Position numbers and translations under genes: made by a program. A model generated the notes under the pieces. The model ran no database searches. It worked only from the letters and a program-made list of their open reading frames with translations, and was not told the DNA's origin. A stretch of DNA of 64,000 nucleotides from NCBI GenBank assembly GCA_963716145.1, contig OY970292.1, positions 597,171-661,170 on the forward strand. Reading direction: 5' to 3'. Source of the DNA: Candidatus Levyibacteriota bacterium. Its GTDB lineage: Bacteria > Patescibacteriota > Microgenomatia > Levybacterales > UBA12049. Below, piece after piece: positions 22,694-33,122 of this stretch (position 1 is its first letter; the number at the start of each line of letters is the position of its first letter).

Positions 22694-23587
22694 CTTTGTC
22701 AAGAATAATGCTTATACTCCCTGCCTATTTGTCAGCTCTCTGAGGAAAAGATTGTAATCAAACTGGTTTACATGACCATCGTCATCCAAATCGGCTAACA
22801 AATTATTTGCTGCAGTACAGGAAACGGCAGGCGTAAGATCGGAATAGCATCCTATCAAAATATTGTAATCAAGGATGTTAATGGTGTTGTCTCCGTTAAT
22901 CTCACCATTTATCAATGTTGTTTGAGGCATTTGATTAACTCCTCCCGCAATTATATTTTGAATACCGGGAGTTAATGCTTTTAAGAACTGATTTGTCTTT
23001 ACTTTTATGGTATAAACTCCGCTTACGAGAGTAGTCCCCGCATCAACAGTTCCTGTGAAATTACCGCCAGTTGTACTGAAATTAACTACTCCGTCTTTTG
23101 TTAAGATCAGCTGGTTCTGAGCATTGAGCACTTCAACTCGTACATTTCTTTGTGGGTGCAGTGGATGTTGATTTCCCCCTGATCCAGGATTGGCGCTATC
23201 CCCCGCACTACCAATACCGTGAAGTAGAAGATTGAAAACCAGACTCGTGTTTCCGGGAACAGGTGTTGAGGTAGGAGTTCTAGTTGGTGTAGGCGTGAGA
23301 GTTGGCGGTGTGGTTGGTGAAGTCTCATTTCTACTAGGATCGTAAGAGTTTGGATTATTTGGATTTCCGTCTGTGTGGCAGATTGGATCTCCACCGTCAA
23401 TCACACCGTTATTGTTGTTATCTCTTGAATCAGCACAGGTATTCCCTCCCCCTTGCTCTCCCGGTCTTGTAGGATCGTAGCTATTGGGATTATTTGGATT
23501 ATTGTCTGTGTGACATGTTGAATCAAAACTGTCTTTGAAACCATTGTTATCGTTATCAATGTTGTCTGAGCATCTGGAGACGGGAGT
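22694..23587. repeat. About 894-bp direct repeat (copy at 24306-25199)
   Basis: 3' parts of paralogues 2 and 3 appear identical at an offset of 1612; identical shadow ORFs at 23107 and 24719. Confidence 0.9.
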
Positions 23588-24253
23588 GGTCACTGGAGGA
23601 GTTACTGTAATAGTAAGTCTAGGAGTTACTGTAGGAATAGAGCCTTCATTTCTGGTAGGGTCATAGGTATTTGGATTGTTCTGATTGCCATCTGTGTGAC
23701 AAGCCGGATCTCCACCATCAATCAACTCATTCTGGTTATTGTCAATTCCATCAGCGCAAGTTGCTGGAGGTAGGGTGGGACTGATAGTTGCGGATGGACG
23801 TACTCCGCATGGCGTGGAAGCATTTGTGATATTTCCTGTTCCGTTTATCGGGCCGCCAACTCCTCCATGAATTATGTTGTTGTTGCCGTTTATACCACCA
23901 TTTAGTCCGCCGCAGATGTCATTGCCATTGCCGCGAATAGTCCCGTTCATTCCTCCCATTATTATATTGTTGTCACCGGTAATGTTCGCCGGGAAGCCTC
24001 CCAATCCTCCACGAATTGTATTTCTACTTCCAAAAATACTGCCATTAAAGCCGCCATCAATAGTGCAGTCATCAGCGGTCAGATCCTGACCCGGTCCAAC
24101 AGTAGTGCAGTTTCCGGTTCCTCCGCGGCCTGCAGCGCTACTTCTTTGGTCCTGCTGCTGCTGACTAACCATCACCGCGCCGAACAGGCCAAAAACCATA
24201 ACAACACCTACTAGTATCGGAAGACTAGATTTTGAAAAAAGTTTTTTTAGCAT
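22712..24253 (-). CDS. Surface protein with dockerin-like domain, paralogue 2
   Basis: Same architecture as paralogue 1. Confidence 0.85.
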   Translation of the reverse strand: MLKKLFSKSSLPILVGVVMVFGLFGAVMVSQQQQDQRSSAAGRGGTGNCTTVGPGQDLTADDCTIDGGFNGSIFGSRNTIRGGLGGFPANITGDNNIIMGGMNGTIRGNGNDICGGLNGGINGNNNIIHGGVGGPINGTGNITNASTPCGVRPSATISPTLPPATCADGIDNNQNELIDGGDPACHTDGNQNNPNTYDPTRNEGSIPTVTPRLTITVTPPVTTPVSRCSDNIDNDNNGFKDSFDSTCHTDNNPNNPNSYDPTRPGEQGGGNTCADSRDNNNNGVIDGGDPICHTDGNPNNPNSYDPSRNETSPTTPPTLTPTPTRTPTSTPVPGNTSLVFNLLLHGIGSAGDSANPGSGGNQHPLHPQRNVRVEVLNAQNQLILTKDGVVNFSTTGGNFTGTVDAGTTLVSGVYTIKVKTNQFLKALTPGIQNIIAGGVNQMPQTTLINGEINGDNTINILDYNILIGCYSDLTPAVSCTAANNLLADLDDDGHVNQFDYNLFLRELTNRQGV

Positions 24254-24323
24254 AAATTAACTATATTAAAATTGGCCTAACTATAGTAGAACAGATAAAA
24301 TTATACTTTGTCAAGAATAATGC

Positions 24324-25865
24324 TTATACTCCCTGCCTATTTGTCAGCTCTCTGAGGAAAAGATTGTAATCAAACTGGTTTACATGACCATCGTCATCCA
24401 AATCGGCTAACAAATTATTTGCTGCAGTACAGGAAACGGCAGGCGTAAGATCGGAATAGCATCCTATCAAAATATTGTAATCAAGGATGTTAATGGTGTT
24501 GTCTCCGTTAATCTCACCATTTATCAATGTTGTTTGAGGCATTTGATTAACTCCTCCCGCAATTATATTTTGAATACCGGGAGTTAATGCTTTTAAGAAC
24601 TGATTTGTCTTTACTTTTATGGTATAAACTCCGCTTACGAGAGTAGTCCCCGCATCAACAGTTCCTGTGAAATTACCGCCAGTTGTACTGAAATTAACTA
24701 CTCCGTCTTTTGTTAAGATCAGCTGGTTCTGAGCATTGAGCACTTCAACTCGTACATTTCTTTGTGGGTGCAGTGGATGTTGATTTCCCCCTGATCCAGG
24801 ATTGGCGCTATCCCCCGCACTACCAATACCGTGAAGTAGAAGATTGAAAACCAGACTCGTGTTTCCGGGAACAGGTGTTGAGGTAGGAGTTCTAGTTGGT
24901 GTAGGCGTGAGAGTTGGCGGTGTGGTTGGTGAAGTCTCATTTCTACTAGGATCGTAAGAGTTTGGATTATTTGGATTTCCGTCTGTGTGGCAGATTGGAT
25001 CTCCACCGTCAATCACACCGTTATTGTTGTTATCTCTTGAATCAGCACAGGTATTCCCTCCCCCTTGCTCTCCCGGTCTTGTAGGATCGTAGCTATTGGG
25101 ATTATTTGGATTATTGTCTGTGTGACATGTTGAATCAAAACTGTCTTTGAAACCATTGTTATCGTTATCAATGTTGTCTGAGCATCTGGAGACGGGAGTT
25201 GGTGTTGGTGTTATAGTTGGCCTCAATGTTGGAGTAGGTGTGCTGGTTGGAATCCTAGTTGGGGTTGGAGTAGGTACGCGGCTAGGAGTTGGTGTTGGAA
25301 GATTAACCTCAGATCTGTGAGAGTCATATGAGTTGGGATTGTCCTGGTTACCGTCAGTATGGCAGGCAGGATCACCTCTATCAATCAGTTCATTTTGGTT
25401 ATTGTCAATTCCATCAGCGCAAGTTGTGGGTGGTGGCGTTGGCGAAGAGGTTGGAGTTATATATGGATTGGGCGAGCATCCGCCAATGTTGGCCACTTGC
25501 CTTGCAGTATTACCGCTTCCACGCATACTTCCTAAAACATTATTTCCAACATGATTGTTATCCCCTGTCACACAACCCGCGACATTATTCCCAATTCTAT
25601 TACCATTACCGAATACATTTCCTACATTATTTGTTATATTGTTATTATTTCCAATCAAATACCCAGAAACATTAACTGCAGTACAGTTATCGGCGATTAG
25701 ATCCCCATTCGTATTTGCGCTGCAATTGCCGGCAGCATTTGATCTTGTTTCCTGTCTTTGCTGACTGACCAAAACACCGCCAAAAAGCCCAAAAACCAAA
25801 AGAACGCCGGCAACAATTGAAAATTTTGTTCCAAATGAAAGATTTTTGAGGCTGTAAAAACTCAT
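24324..25865 (-). CDS. Surface protein with dockerin-like domain, paralogue 3
   Basis: Same architecture as paralogues 1 and 2. Confidence 0.85.
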   Translation of the reverse strand: MSFYSLKNLSFGTKFSIVAGVLLVFGLFGGVLVSQQRQETRSNAAGNCSANTNGDLIADNCTAVNVSGYLIGNNNNITNNVGNVFGNGNRIGNNVAGCVTGDNNHVGNNVLGSMRGSGNTARQVANIGGCSPNPYITPTSSPTPPPTTCADGIDNNQNELIDRGDPACHTDGNQDNPNSYDSHRSEVNLPTPTPSRVPTPTPTRIPTSTPTPTLRPTITPTPTPVSRCSDNIDNDNNGFKDSFDSTCHTDNNPNNPNSYDPTRPGEQGGGNTCADSRDNNNNGVIDGGDPICHTDGNPNNPNSYDPSRNETSPTTPPTLTPTPTRTPTSTPVPGNTSLVFNLLLHGIGSAGDSANPGSGGNQHPLHPQRNVRVEVLNAQNQLILTKDGVVNFSTTGGNFTGTVDAGTTLVSGVYTIKVKTNQFLKALTPGIQNIIAGGVNQMPQTTLINGEINGDNTINILDYNILIGCYSDLTPAVSCTAANNLLADLDDDGHVNQFDYNLFLRELTNRQGV

Positions 25866-25927
25866 ATATTATTTTAGCTATTTATAGTAGAGCAGATATA
25901 TGAACGGCTTGTCAAGAATAACTTTTA

Positions 25928-27658
25928 TTACATTTTTGAAGGAGCTTCTATTCCTAGAAGATTCAGGCCTTTTTTAATCACTTCTCCTGTTTTGGATGTT
26001 AGAGCCAAACGAAAATCTTTACTCCCCTCCTCGGCCTTTAAAATTTGATGTTTTTGATAAAAAAGATTAAAACCTTGAGCAAGCTCAAAAAGATATGTCG
26101 CTACAGCACTCGGGCTCAACCTCTCCGCAGCCTCAATGATTACATCGTCAAATTTTGCCAGCAAACGAAGTAGCTCTCTCTCCTCAGGTTCAAATTCTCC
26201 TTTGAAATTGGAAATTGGAAATTGGAAATTGGAAATTCCTGCTTTTAGCAGCACACTCTGTGTGCGAGCATAAACATACTGTATATATGGTCCTGAATTT
26301 CCATCAAAGCTAATTGACTCTTCCAAATCAAATGCAATCTCCTGCTGTGTCGAAACTTTAAGAAATGAATATTTTACTGCAGCGACTGCAACCTTCTCGG
26401 CAATAATTTTTTGTTCCTCTTTTGTATAGTCTGATGCATTTTTATCTAGAATATCAATTATTTCTTTTTTTGCTTCATCAATGAGCCAATCTCCCAATAT
26501 CACGTTTCCGGATCTTGAGTTCATTTTACCGTGTTTTAGCTTGACCCACCCATAAGCCAAATGTTTCTCCTTACCACGCGTCTCCGGAAAAAGCTGAGCG
26601 AGCGCTTCAAAAACAACCTGAAAGTATCCCGACTGTTCAGGACCCACAACGTGGATAATCAAATCAGGATTATTTTCTTCAAATTGCAATGGCCCGAGCC
26701 CCATATCCTTGCCTTCGTAGGTTGGATTTCCCTCACTCGTAATAAATACTCTGTCATGAAGACCAAATTTTTTGCCGGGGAAAATAATCGCCCCATCGCT
26801 TTTTTCAAAAACTCCTTTTGTAAGCCCCTTCAAAACATTTTCTTTACCGGTCTCATATACCTCACTCTCAAAATAATAGCGGTCAAAATGAGCGTAAACT
26901 CTTTTGTAAATTTGTTCAAAGTAATCAAGGCTCCACTGCCTAGTGGTTTGGTAAAGCTCCCAAATAGACTTGTCTTTTGCATAGATTTTTTTGTTGATTT
27001 CACCAATTTCTTTTTTCGCATCCGGATTTTCTTCATAAGCTTTACTGCCTGCTGCATACGCTTTACCCAATAAATTAATTTTCTGTTCTAAGTTTAATTC
27101 TGAATTCTGAATTCTGAATTCTGAATTCTGCAAAATGCCGTACAGGCATTTTGCAATATGCATTCCAACATCTCCCTGATAATTTCCGCGGACTACTTTT
27201 GCACCCACAGCCTCAAGTAAACGCACAATTGACTCGCCGGTCGCAATATTGCGCAGATGACCGATGTGAAACGCTTTGTGGGTATTTGGGTGAGCAAATT
27301 CAACCAATATTTTCTTACCGGTAAGAGAAGTTTTATTTTTTTTACTATCTAAGTCTGTCAAACTATCAATTAGTGTATCATTTGAGATCCAAAAATTGAT
27401 AAACCCCGGCTTTACGACTTCCATTTTTTCAAAAATCCTTAATTCTTTATTCTTACTTCTTAATTCTTCTGAGATTTCCTCCCCCAACTCCATAGGATTT
27501 TTACCAAGTTTTTTACCTGCAACCAATGCTATGTTACTGGAATAATCCCCATGTTTTGGATCAGCCGGATAGTCGACTTTGACCTCAATATCACCCAATC
27601 CTATTTTTTCCAGAATTTCACCTAATTCTTCTTTTATTGTTTGTTTAATCATAATCAC
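25928..27658 (-). CDS. argS: Arginine--tRNA ligase
   Basis: EFAHPNTHKAFHIGHLRN, GNSGPYIQYVYAR, LNLLGIEAPSKM. Confidence 0.97.
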   Translation of the reverse strand: MIMIKQTIKEELGEILEKIGLGDIEVKVDYPADPKHGDYSSNIALVAGKKLGKNPMELGEEISEELRSKNKELRIFEKMEVVKPGFINFWISNDTLIDSLTDLDSKKNKTSLTGKKILVEFAHPNTHKAFHIGHLRNIATGESIVRLLEAVGAKVVRGNYQGDVGMHIAKCLYGILQNSEFRIQNSELNLEQKINLLGKAYAAGSKAYEENPDAKKEIGEINKKIYAKDKSIWELYQTTRQWSLDYFEQIYKRVYAHFDRYYFESEVYETGKENVLKGLTKGVFEKSDGAIIFPGKKFGLHDRVFITSEGNPTYEGKDMGLGPLQFEENNPDLIIHVVGPEQSGYFQVVFEALAQLFPETRGKEKHLAYGWVKLKHGKMNSRSGNVILGDWLIDEAKKEIIDILDKNASDYTKEEQKIIAEKVAVAAVKYSFLKVSTQQEIAFDLEESISFDGNSGPYIQYVYARTQSVLLKAGISNFQFPISNFKGEFEPEERELLRLLAKFDDVIIEAAERLSPSAVATYLFELAQGFNLFYQKHQILKAEEGSKDFRLALTSKTGEVIKKGLNLLGIEAPSKM

Positions 27659-27708
27659 AGTATATCATGACCTGAGTCTTGCGTTGACTCCAGGAAATTA
27701 AATATCTG

Positions 27709-28272
27709 TTGCAAATGCCGAAATTTTTTGCTACTCTCCAAATATATATGACTTACAATTCAGAAACAACACCTGCCGAAGGTAAGCGCGCAAGATTTTT
27801 ACTTGTTGTTATAATTCTTCTTTTTGTGATCAGAATGCCATTTTTCCCACTTGGACAAAATAATCACTCATTCATGATTCTGGCCGAGTTGATTTCTGTT
27901 GCGGGATATCTCTTGTTCTTTCCAGTCATGGCTTCTCTACCTGGACCATCATGGACCAAGGCCGCGGGATATATGTGGATAATACTTGACTCAACGGCGA
28001 GTACACTTCCTCTCTACGGCGTGTCTGCGGAAATCTCAACAGCTTTACGCTTCGGCGGAGCGCATCTTGCATTGGCAGTCTGGATGGTATCAACTTCTTA
28101 TTATAGCCGGAGAAAAGCTTTGATGTTCACAAGTTTTCCCGTGGCTTTTTTTCTGATTGTTTACTCTTTTATAAATACTTGGGTGCCTCAGACAGCATTC
28201 ATTGCCTTCTATCCTATTTTATTAATTTGGTTTTTCCTGTTGCGAGGCTTACTGACAGGAAAAAATAAATAA
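27709..28272 (+). CDS. Hypothetical multi-pass membrane protein
   Basis: About 6 hydrophobic segments; start may be the later ATG (MTYNS). Confidence 0.7.
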   Translation: MQMPKFFATLQIYMTYNSETTPAEGKRARFLLVVIILLFVIRMPFFPLGQNNHSFMILAELISVAGYLLFFPVMASLPGPSWTKAAGYMWIILDSTASTLPLYGVSAEISTALRFGGAHLALAVWMVSTSYYSRRKALMFTSFPVAFFLIVYSFINTWVPQTAFIAFYPILLIWFFLLRGLLTGKNK

Positions 28273-28287
28273 ATATCCTGTACAAAT

Positions 28288-28959
28288 TCAGCGAGTTAAG
28301 AAACTTCTTACCTCCCCCTTTTCAAACTTCTTCCAATCATATGATCCGAATGGTTCGGAGCAGACGATAGTTAGTTCAGGGCTCTCAAAATAATACACAG
28401 AGTAATATTTTTCATCTGTCGCGTATTGATTGAGCACGTATACATCTTTTCCTACAACCAAACCGATATTCATCCCCTCTATCTTTTGAGAATTTCTGAT
28501 AATAAGTTTATCAACTATTTCCAAAGCGTTTTTGGGATCCTTGTCTTTCATTTGAAGCTTAAGTAGGGAAAATATTTTTTGAGAACCAATTTTCCCCTCA
28601 AGCGGAGTCGTTAATTTGACTTTATAAATAGTACCGTTAAAAACATAACACAAATCCCCATCAATAAACGGCTGGTTAAACTCAATTTCCCCTGTGTCTT
28701 TCATAAACCCAGACCCCCGGGCATGAGCAACAAGCATATCTGTTGCGGGAATTTGACTAAACATAGATTTCTCTTCCCACATTGGTGACAGGGATTTTTT
28801 GACCTCCCACTTACCGTTTTCCCGGAAAGCAATCCCATATCCATCCCATTGCCTATCACCATTTGGAGCAACGCTTTTCTCACTCAAGTCAGACAATGGT
28901 GTTAAAAAATCATCAGGATTTATTTTTTCTTTTGATTTGACGATTAGAAATCTGCACAT
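28288..28959 (-). CDS. Class II glutamine amidotransferase / Ntn-hydrolase (YafJ/EgtC/DUG3-like)
   Basis: N-terminal MCR, DGYGI, AHAR, NQPF, FNG, SEP; 3 nt downstream of the argD stop. Confidence 0.85.
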   Translation of the reverse strand: MCRFLIVKSKEKINPDDFLTPLSDLSEKSVAPNGDRQWDGYGIAFRENGKWEVKKSLSPMWEEKSMFSQIPATDMLVAHARGSGFMKDTGEIEFNQPFIDGDLCYVFNGTIYKVKLTTPLEGKIGSQKIFSLLKLQMKDKDPKNALEIVDKLIIRNSQKIEGMNIGLVVGKDVYVLNQYATDEKYYSVYYFESPELTIVCSEPFGSYDWKKFEKGEVRSFLTR

Positions 28960-28962
28960 ATT

Positions 28963-30132
28963 TTACTGAGCAAATACTTCTTGAATAATTACCAGTGCTT
29001 CATCGATTTCCTTTTTAGAGACGTTGATTGGAGGCAAAAATCTAATTGTATCCGTACTTGATAAGGCGGCAATGAGTCCTACGTCCTGCATTTTTTTAAC
29101 GTAAGGTGTAGTTTTTTCCGAAAGCTCGATGCCAAGCATCAGTCCTTTGCCTTTTATTTTTACAATTACTGGGTTTTCCAATTTTTTAAGTTCCTCAAGG
29201 AAATATTTACCCATTTCTTTCGCGTTCTCAAGTAACTTTTCTTTCTTAATCTGCCTTATTACCTCAGTTGCCGCAGCACAAGCTAATGGAGATCCGCTAA
29301 ATGTACCTCCATGACCGCCTTTTGTCATCAAATCACCTACTTCTCTGGTGCTCATAACAAATCCAAAAGGTATTCCGTATGAAAAACTTTTTGAGAAGCA
29401 GGCAATATCCGGCACAACTCCGTACTGATCGGACGCGAGCCAACTTCCGGTCCTGATCGCGCTTTGTACCTCATCAAAAATAAGAAGAATACTCTTTGAT
29501 AGACAGAATTCTTTTAGTTCGCTTAAATAATTTTCATTGGGCAAAATCACTCCTGCCTCTCCCTGAATCGGCTCAACAATAACCGCCGCCGTGTTGCCAT
29601 TTATATTTTGTTTTACTGCTTCAATATCATTGAATCGAACATGAACAACATCTTTATTTATAAATGCCATGTAGTTTTTTTTGTACAATTCCGAGGCTGT
29701 AACAGACAGGCTGCCTAGTGATTTTCCATGATACGCGTTAGTTACTGCGACAAATCCGCTCTTGCCCGTTGCTGTCATTGCGAGTTTTAACGCGGCATCA
29801 ATTGATTCGGCTCCGGAGTTGGTAAAAATTATCTGCGTAAGATTTGCTGGAAGGATAGCGCTTAGTTCATTAATAAACTCCGCCCGCTTATCAGAATAAA
29901 ATGTCTGATGAGTTGAGGGAAGTGTCGTAAGTTGTTGACTAATCGCTGATGTAACTGAAGGATTTGTATATCCGAGAATATTGACCCCGATATTGGTCAT
30001 AAAATCCAGATACTTTTTACCGTCCGTATCATAAACATATGTTCCTTGTCCACGCTCCAAAGCGATCCCCCGCTTTGGGTAAAGCTTTACTTCGGATGTA
30101 TTTTCCAGATCGCTGATTTGTTTAAGATTCAT
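28963..30132 (-). CDS. argD: Class III PLP aminotransferase, LysJ/ArgD type
   Basis: NSGAES, EPIQGEAG, IFDEVQ, HGGTFSG; operon context. Confidence 0.9.
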   Translation of the reverse strand: MNLKQISDLENTSEVKLYPKRGIALERGQGTYVYDTDGKKYLDFMTNIGVNILGYTNPSVTSAISQQLTTLPSTHQTFYSDKRAEFINELSAILPANLTQIIFTNSGAESIDAALKLAMTATGKSGFVAVTNAYHGKSLGSLSVTASELYKKNYMAFINKDVVHVRFNDIEAVKQNINGNTAAVIVEPIQGEAGVILPNENYLSELKEFCLSKSILLIFDEVQSAIRTGSWLASDQYGVVPDIACFSKSFSYGIPFGFVMSTREVGDLMTKGGHGGTFSGSPLACAAATEVIRQIKKEKLLENAKEMGKYFLEELKKLENPVIVKIKGKGLMLGIELSEKTTPYVKKMQDVGLIAALSSTDTIRFLPPINVSKKEIDEALVIIQEVFAQ

Positions 30133-30940
30133 AAATATGAGTTCCTCCCCCATTTAATGCTGCGCTAATAGGGTTTTCAACCCTGCCATCCGTAATTATT
30201 ATTTTCCCAATCCCTAGATCTAAAAGCTTACTACATTCCAAAAGTTTTCTCTTCATCCGCCCGCTAACAATGTTGACTAACTCATCTAAATTTCCTTTAT
30301 TAACCTCTTTAATCAGAGAACTCTCGTCATTGAGATCTTTCAAAATACCCGGTGCTTCTATCAGGAACAGGAGAACTTCGGATTTAAAATCAGTAGCAAT
30401 TTTTGAAGCAATCTTATCCCCGTCCACATTTATAACCTCTCCCTCCTGAGTAATCACAGGCGGAGTAATTACAGGAATTATTCCTTTGTCCAAAAATAAA
30501 TTGAGCAGGTCCAAATTAATACTTTCAACATTTCCCGTCAGATCATCTTTCACAACTTTTTTCTTATCTCCCTCAACAGTAATTAAAGCCTCATGTTTTT
30601 TGCCAACTATTAATCGCCCGTCAACTCCAGATAAGCCAATCGCGTTAACACCGGATTTTAATAACGACTCAACTATTTTTTTATTCGCAAGCCCCGCGTA
30701 AGTCATGTACATCAACTCAATCGTTTCGCGTGTTGTATAGCGGCTGGTCATTCCTGAGGGTAAAGTGAGCATCTTTTTTTCAATACCAAGCTTCTGGCTA
30801 TAGAAATCCAAATAATAATTTCCGCCGTGAATAATAATAAATTTTTTATCCTGAGCTTGCCGAATGGACTGAATAGCAATATCGGAACTTATTGACTGGA
30901 GGTTAAGTGATTTGCCACCGCCGATTTTAATAACTATCAT
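30122..30940 (-). CDS. argB: [LysW]-glutamate/aminoadipate kinase (LysZ/ArgB)
   Basis: IKIGG, IHGG, SRYT, GLSGVDG, NVDGD, GRMKRKL (LysZ-type). Confidence 0.9.
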   Translation of the reverse strand: MIVIKIGGGKSLNLQSISSDIAIQSIRQAQDKKFIIIHGGNYYLDFYSQKLGIEKKMLTLPSGMTSRYTTRETIELMYMTYAGLANKKIVESLLKSGVNAIGLSGVDGRLIVGKKHEALITVEGDKKKVVKDDLTGNVESINLDLLNLFLDKGIIPVITPPVITQEGEVINVDGDKIASKIATDFKSEVLLFLIEAPGILKDLNDESSLIKEVNKGNLDELVNIVSGRMKRKLLECSKLLDLGIGKIIITDGRVENPISAALNGGGTHIYES

Positions 30941-30952
30941 AATTTTTAAGTT

Positions 30953-31999
30953 CTAAACCGGGTAAAGTCCGATCGTCTCAAGACCCAGATTTTCATCAAA
31001 CCCTTGAGCGATATTGAAACATTGCACAGCCTGTCCGGCGGCACCTTTTATCAGATTATCAATTGCCGACATCACAACCAGGCGGTTTGAATGCGGATCT
31101 TTTTCAAATCCAATCTCGCAAACATTTGTCCCGATCAGCAACTTTGGCTCAGGATATTTGAAGTTCCCTTTCTTCTCCTTAACTATACGGATGAAAGGCT
31201 TATCTTTGGCAAACTCGCGGTAAATGCCCCAGATATCAATTTCCGAGACATTCTCTTTGAGAAAAACATGAGATGTCGCAAGTATTCCTCTTACCGCCTC
31301 AACCGCGGTTGCTGAGAAATTAATTTGCGGCTTTTTCCCATCAATTGTCAGCTCCTGAATTATTTCAGCCGAATGTCTGTGCCCAGTCGGAGCAAATGAG
31401 CGCATTACGCCTGATCGCTCAGCATGCATTGAAGCCTTGGATAACTTATTCCCTGACGCGGAAGAGCCTGTTTTGGCCTCGATTATGATCGGCGCGTCAT
31501 CTACAACTCCCGCTTTGAGGAGTGGGTACAAACTTAAAATCGAAGCCGTAGACATACATCCGGGACAGGCGATAAGATGAGCGCTTTTAATTTGCTCTTT
31601 ATAAAGTTCAGGCAAGCCTAGCACTTTGCTCTTGAGCAAATCAGGATTTGGATGATCCAATTTATACCAGGTTGGATAATCTCCCGGATTATCCAGTCTG
31701 AAGTCCCCACTCAAATCAATAACTGTTTTGGCAATTGGCAGAAGATCATTTATCTGGTTCATGCCGATGCCATGCGGCAGGCAAAGAAACAACACATCGC
31801 ATTTTTCCAGATCTTTTATCGAAACAAATTTATTGCTGAACTGCCTTAAGTTTGGGTGGATTGTTTTTATGAACTGACCTTGATTTGTCTCAGACGTTGC
31901 TTGATGCAGATTCACATTCGGATGCTTGAGTAAGAGTCTCAAGAGCTCCCCTCCTACATAACCCGATGCGCCGATTACTGATACATTAATTTTTTCCAT
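30953..31999 (-). CDS. argC: [LysW]-glutamyl-phosphate reductase (LysY/ArgC)
   Basis: GASGYVGGELLRLL, DLSGDFR, ACPGC, GHRH, DNLIKGAAGQA. Confidence 0.95.
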   Translation of the reverse strand: MEKINVSVIGASGYVGGELLRLLLKHPNVNLHQATSETNQGQFIKTIHPNLRQFSNKFVSIKDLEKCDVLFLCLPHGIGMNQINDLLPIAKTVIDLSGDFRLDNPGDYPTWYKLDHPNPDLLKSKVLGLPELYKEQIKSAHLIACPGCMSTASILSLYPLLKAGVVDDAPIIIEAKTGSSASGNKLSKASMHAERSGVMRSFAPTGHRHSAEIIQELTIDGKKPQINFSATAVEAVRGILATSHVFLKENVSEIDIWGIYREFAKDKPFIRIVKEKKGNFKYPEPKLLIGTNVCEIGFEKDPHSNRLVVMSAIDNLIKGAAGQAVQCFNIAQGFDENLGLETIGLYPV

Positions 32000-32828
32000 A
32001 TTTTAAAACATACTCAACCATCAACTTAGCGATATTTACATCTGATACATCATTTAACCCATGGAATTCAGGCGTAGTATTTACCTCAAAAACAAGATAT
32101 TTATTATCATGCTCCACCAGATCGACTCCGGCAATTTCAACTCCCAAAACATCAACTATATTCTTGCACAGATCTATTATGTCTTTATTCAAATCCAGTT
32201 TCTGAGGAATCCCGCCTTTTGCGGTGTTGGTCAGCCAATGGGTAGATGCTCTATACATCGCGGCGACCGGTTCGCCTCCGATCACAAATACCCGTAGGTC
32301 ACGATCCGGCTTTTTGATATACTGCTGGATATAAAATATCGAATGCTGCGGTCCGCCGAGTCCTTCCTTATGATCCATAATAGCCTCCAAATCCGACTCT
32401 GAACTAATTTTTGAGACAAGTCTTCCCCATGAGCCCCAGACCGGTTTTATAACAATCGGATAGCCGATTTCTGAGGCGGCTTGAAGAGCCATTGATTGTG
32501 AAAACGCGATTTTGGTAATGGGAACCGGTATACCTTTTTGTTCAAGGAGTTGTGTTGAAAGAATCTTGTTATTGCAAAGTGTTGTGGCAGCGCCTGAATT
32601 AATCGTCCTGACACCCATCGCTTCCAGATAATCAACAATCAGCTCGGCCCTTGTCTGCCCTATTTCGCGGTTGAGAACCAGATCAACTCCTTCAAAATCC
32701 AAAGTAGCAGAACTTAAGATAATTTTCCGAGGATCAATCTGCACTACCTCAATATTCTTTTTGGCGAATTCCTGAAACAACAATTTCTCCTCAATTCTGA
32801 TTTTCGAACACAAAATACCTACCTTCAT
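31986..32828 (-). CDS. lysX: ATP-grasp ligase LysX/ArgX
   Basis: IRIEEKLL, KPVWGSWGRLV, YIQQYIKKPDRDLR, HWLTNTAKG, EVNTTPEF. Confidence 0.92.
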   Translation of the reverse strand: MKVGILCSKIRIEEKLLFQEFAKKNIEVVQIDPRKIILSSATLDFEGVDLVLNREIGQTRAELIVDYLEAMGVRTINSGAATTLCNNKILSTQLLEQKGIPVPITKIAFSQSMALQAASEIGYPIVIKPVWGSWGRLVSKISSESDLEAIMDHKEGLGGPQHSIFYIQQYIKKPDRDLRVFVIGGEPVAAMYRASTHWLTNTAKGGIPQKLDLNKDIIDLCKNIVDVLGVEIAGVDLVEHDNKYLVFEVNTTPEFHGLNDVSDVNIAKLMVEYVLKYGKN

Positions 32829-32930
32829 GACACTTCGCTTTTCATCTTTCATGTTAATTTTAAACCTTTCCTAATTCTCATAACGCAATTAAGCTTCACG
32901 TCATGATCCTGAGCTTGCCGAATGGACATA

Positions 32931-33122
32931 TTATTGTCCCCAATCTTCCTGCGCGACAGGCGCCAGGGTGAGCTTAATTGGATTCACTTCAACAACCTCC
33001 AAATCAGTACTGCACTCAGGACAAGTTATAACTTCTCCTACCTGAGTATCTTTCTCAACAGTAATTTCTCCATGACAATCCAGGCATTTTGTTTTTGTGT
33101 TATCTAAAATTTGATCATTCAT
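32931..33122 (-). CDS. lysW: Amino-group carrier protein LysW/ArgW
   Basis: CLDC..CPEC zinc finger; acidic; C-terminus EDWGQ. Confidence 0.92.
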   Translation of the reverse strand: MNDQILDNTKTKCLDCHGEITVEKDTQVGEVITCPECSTDLEVVEVNPIKLTLAPVAQEDWGQ

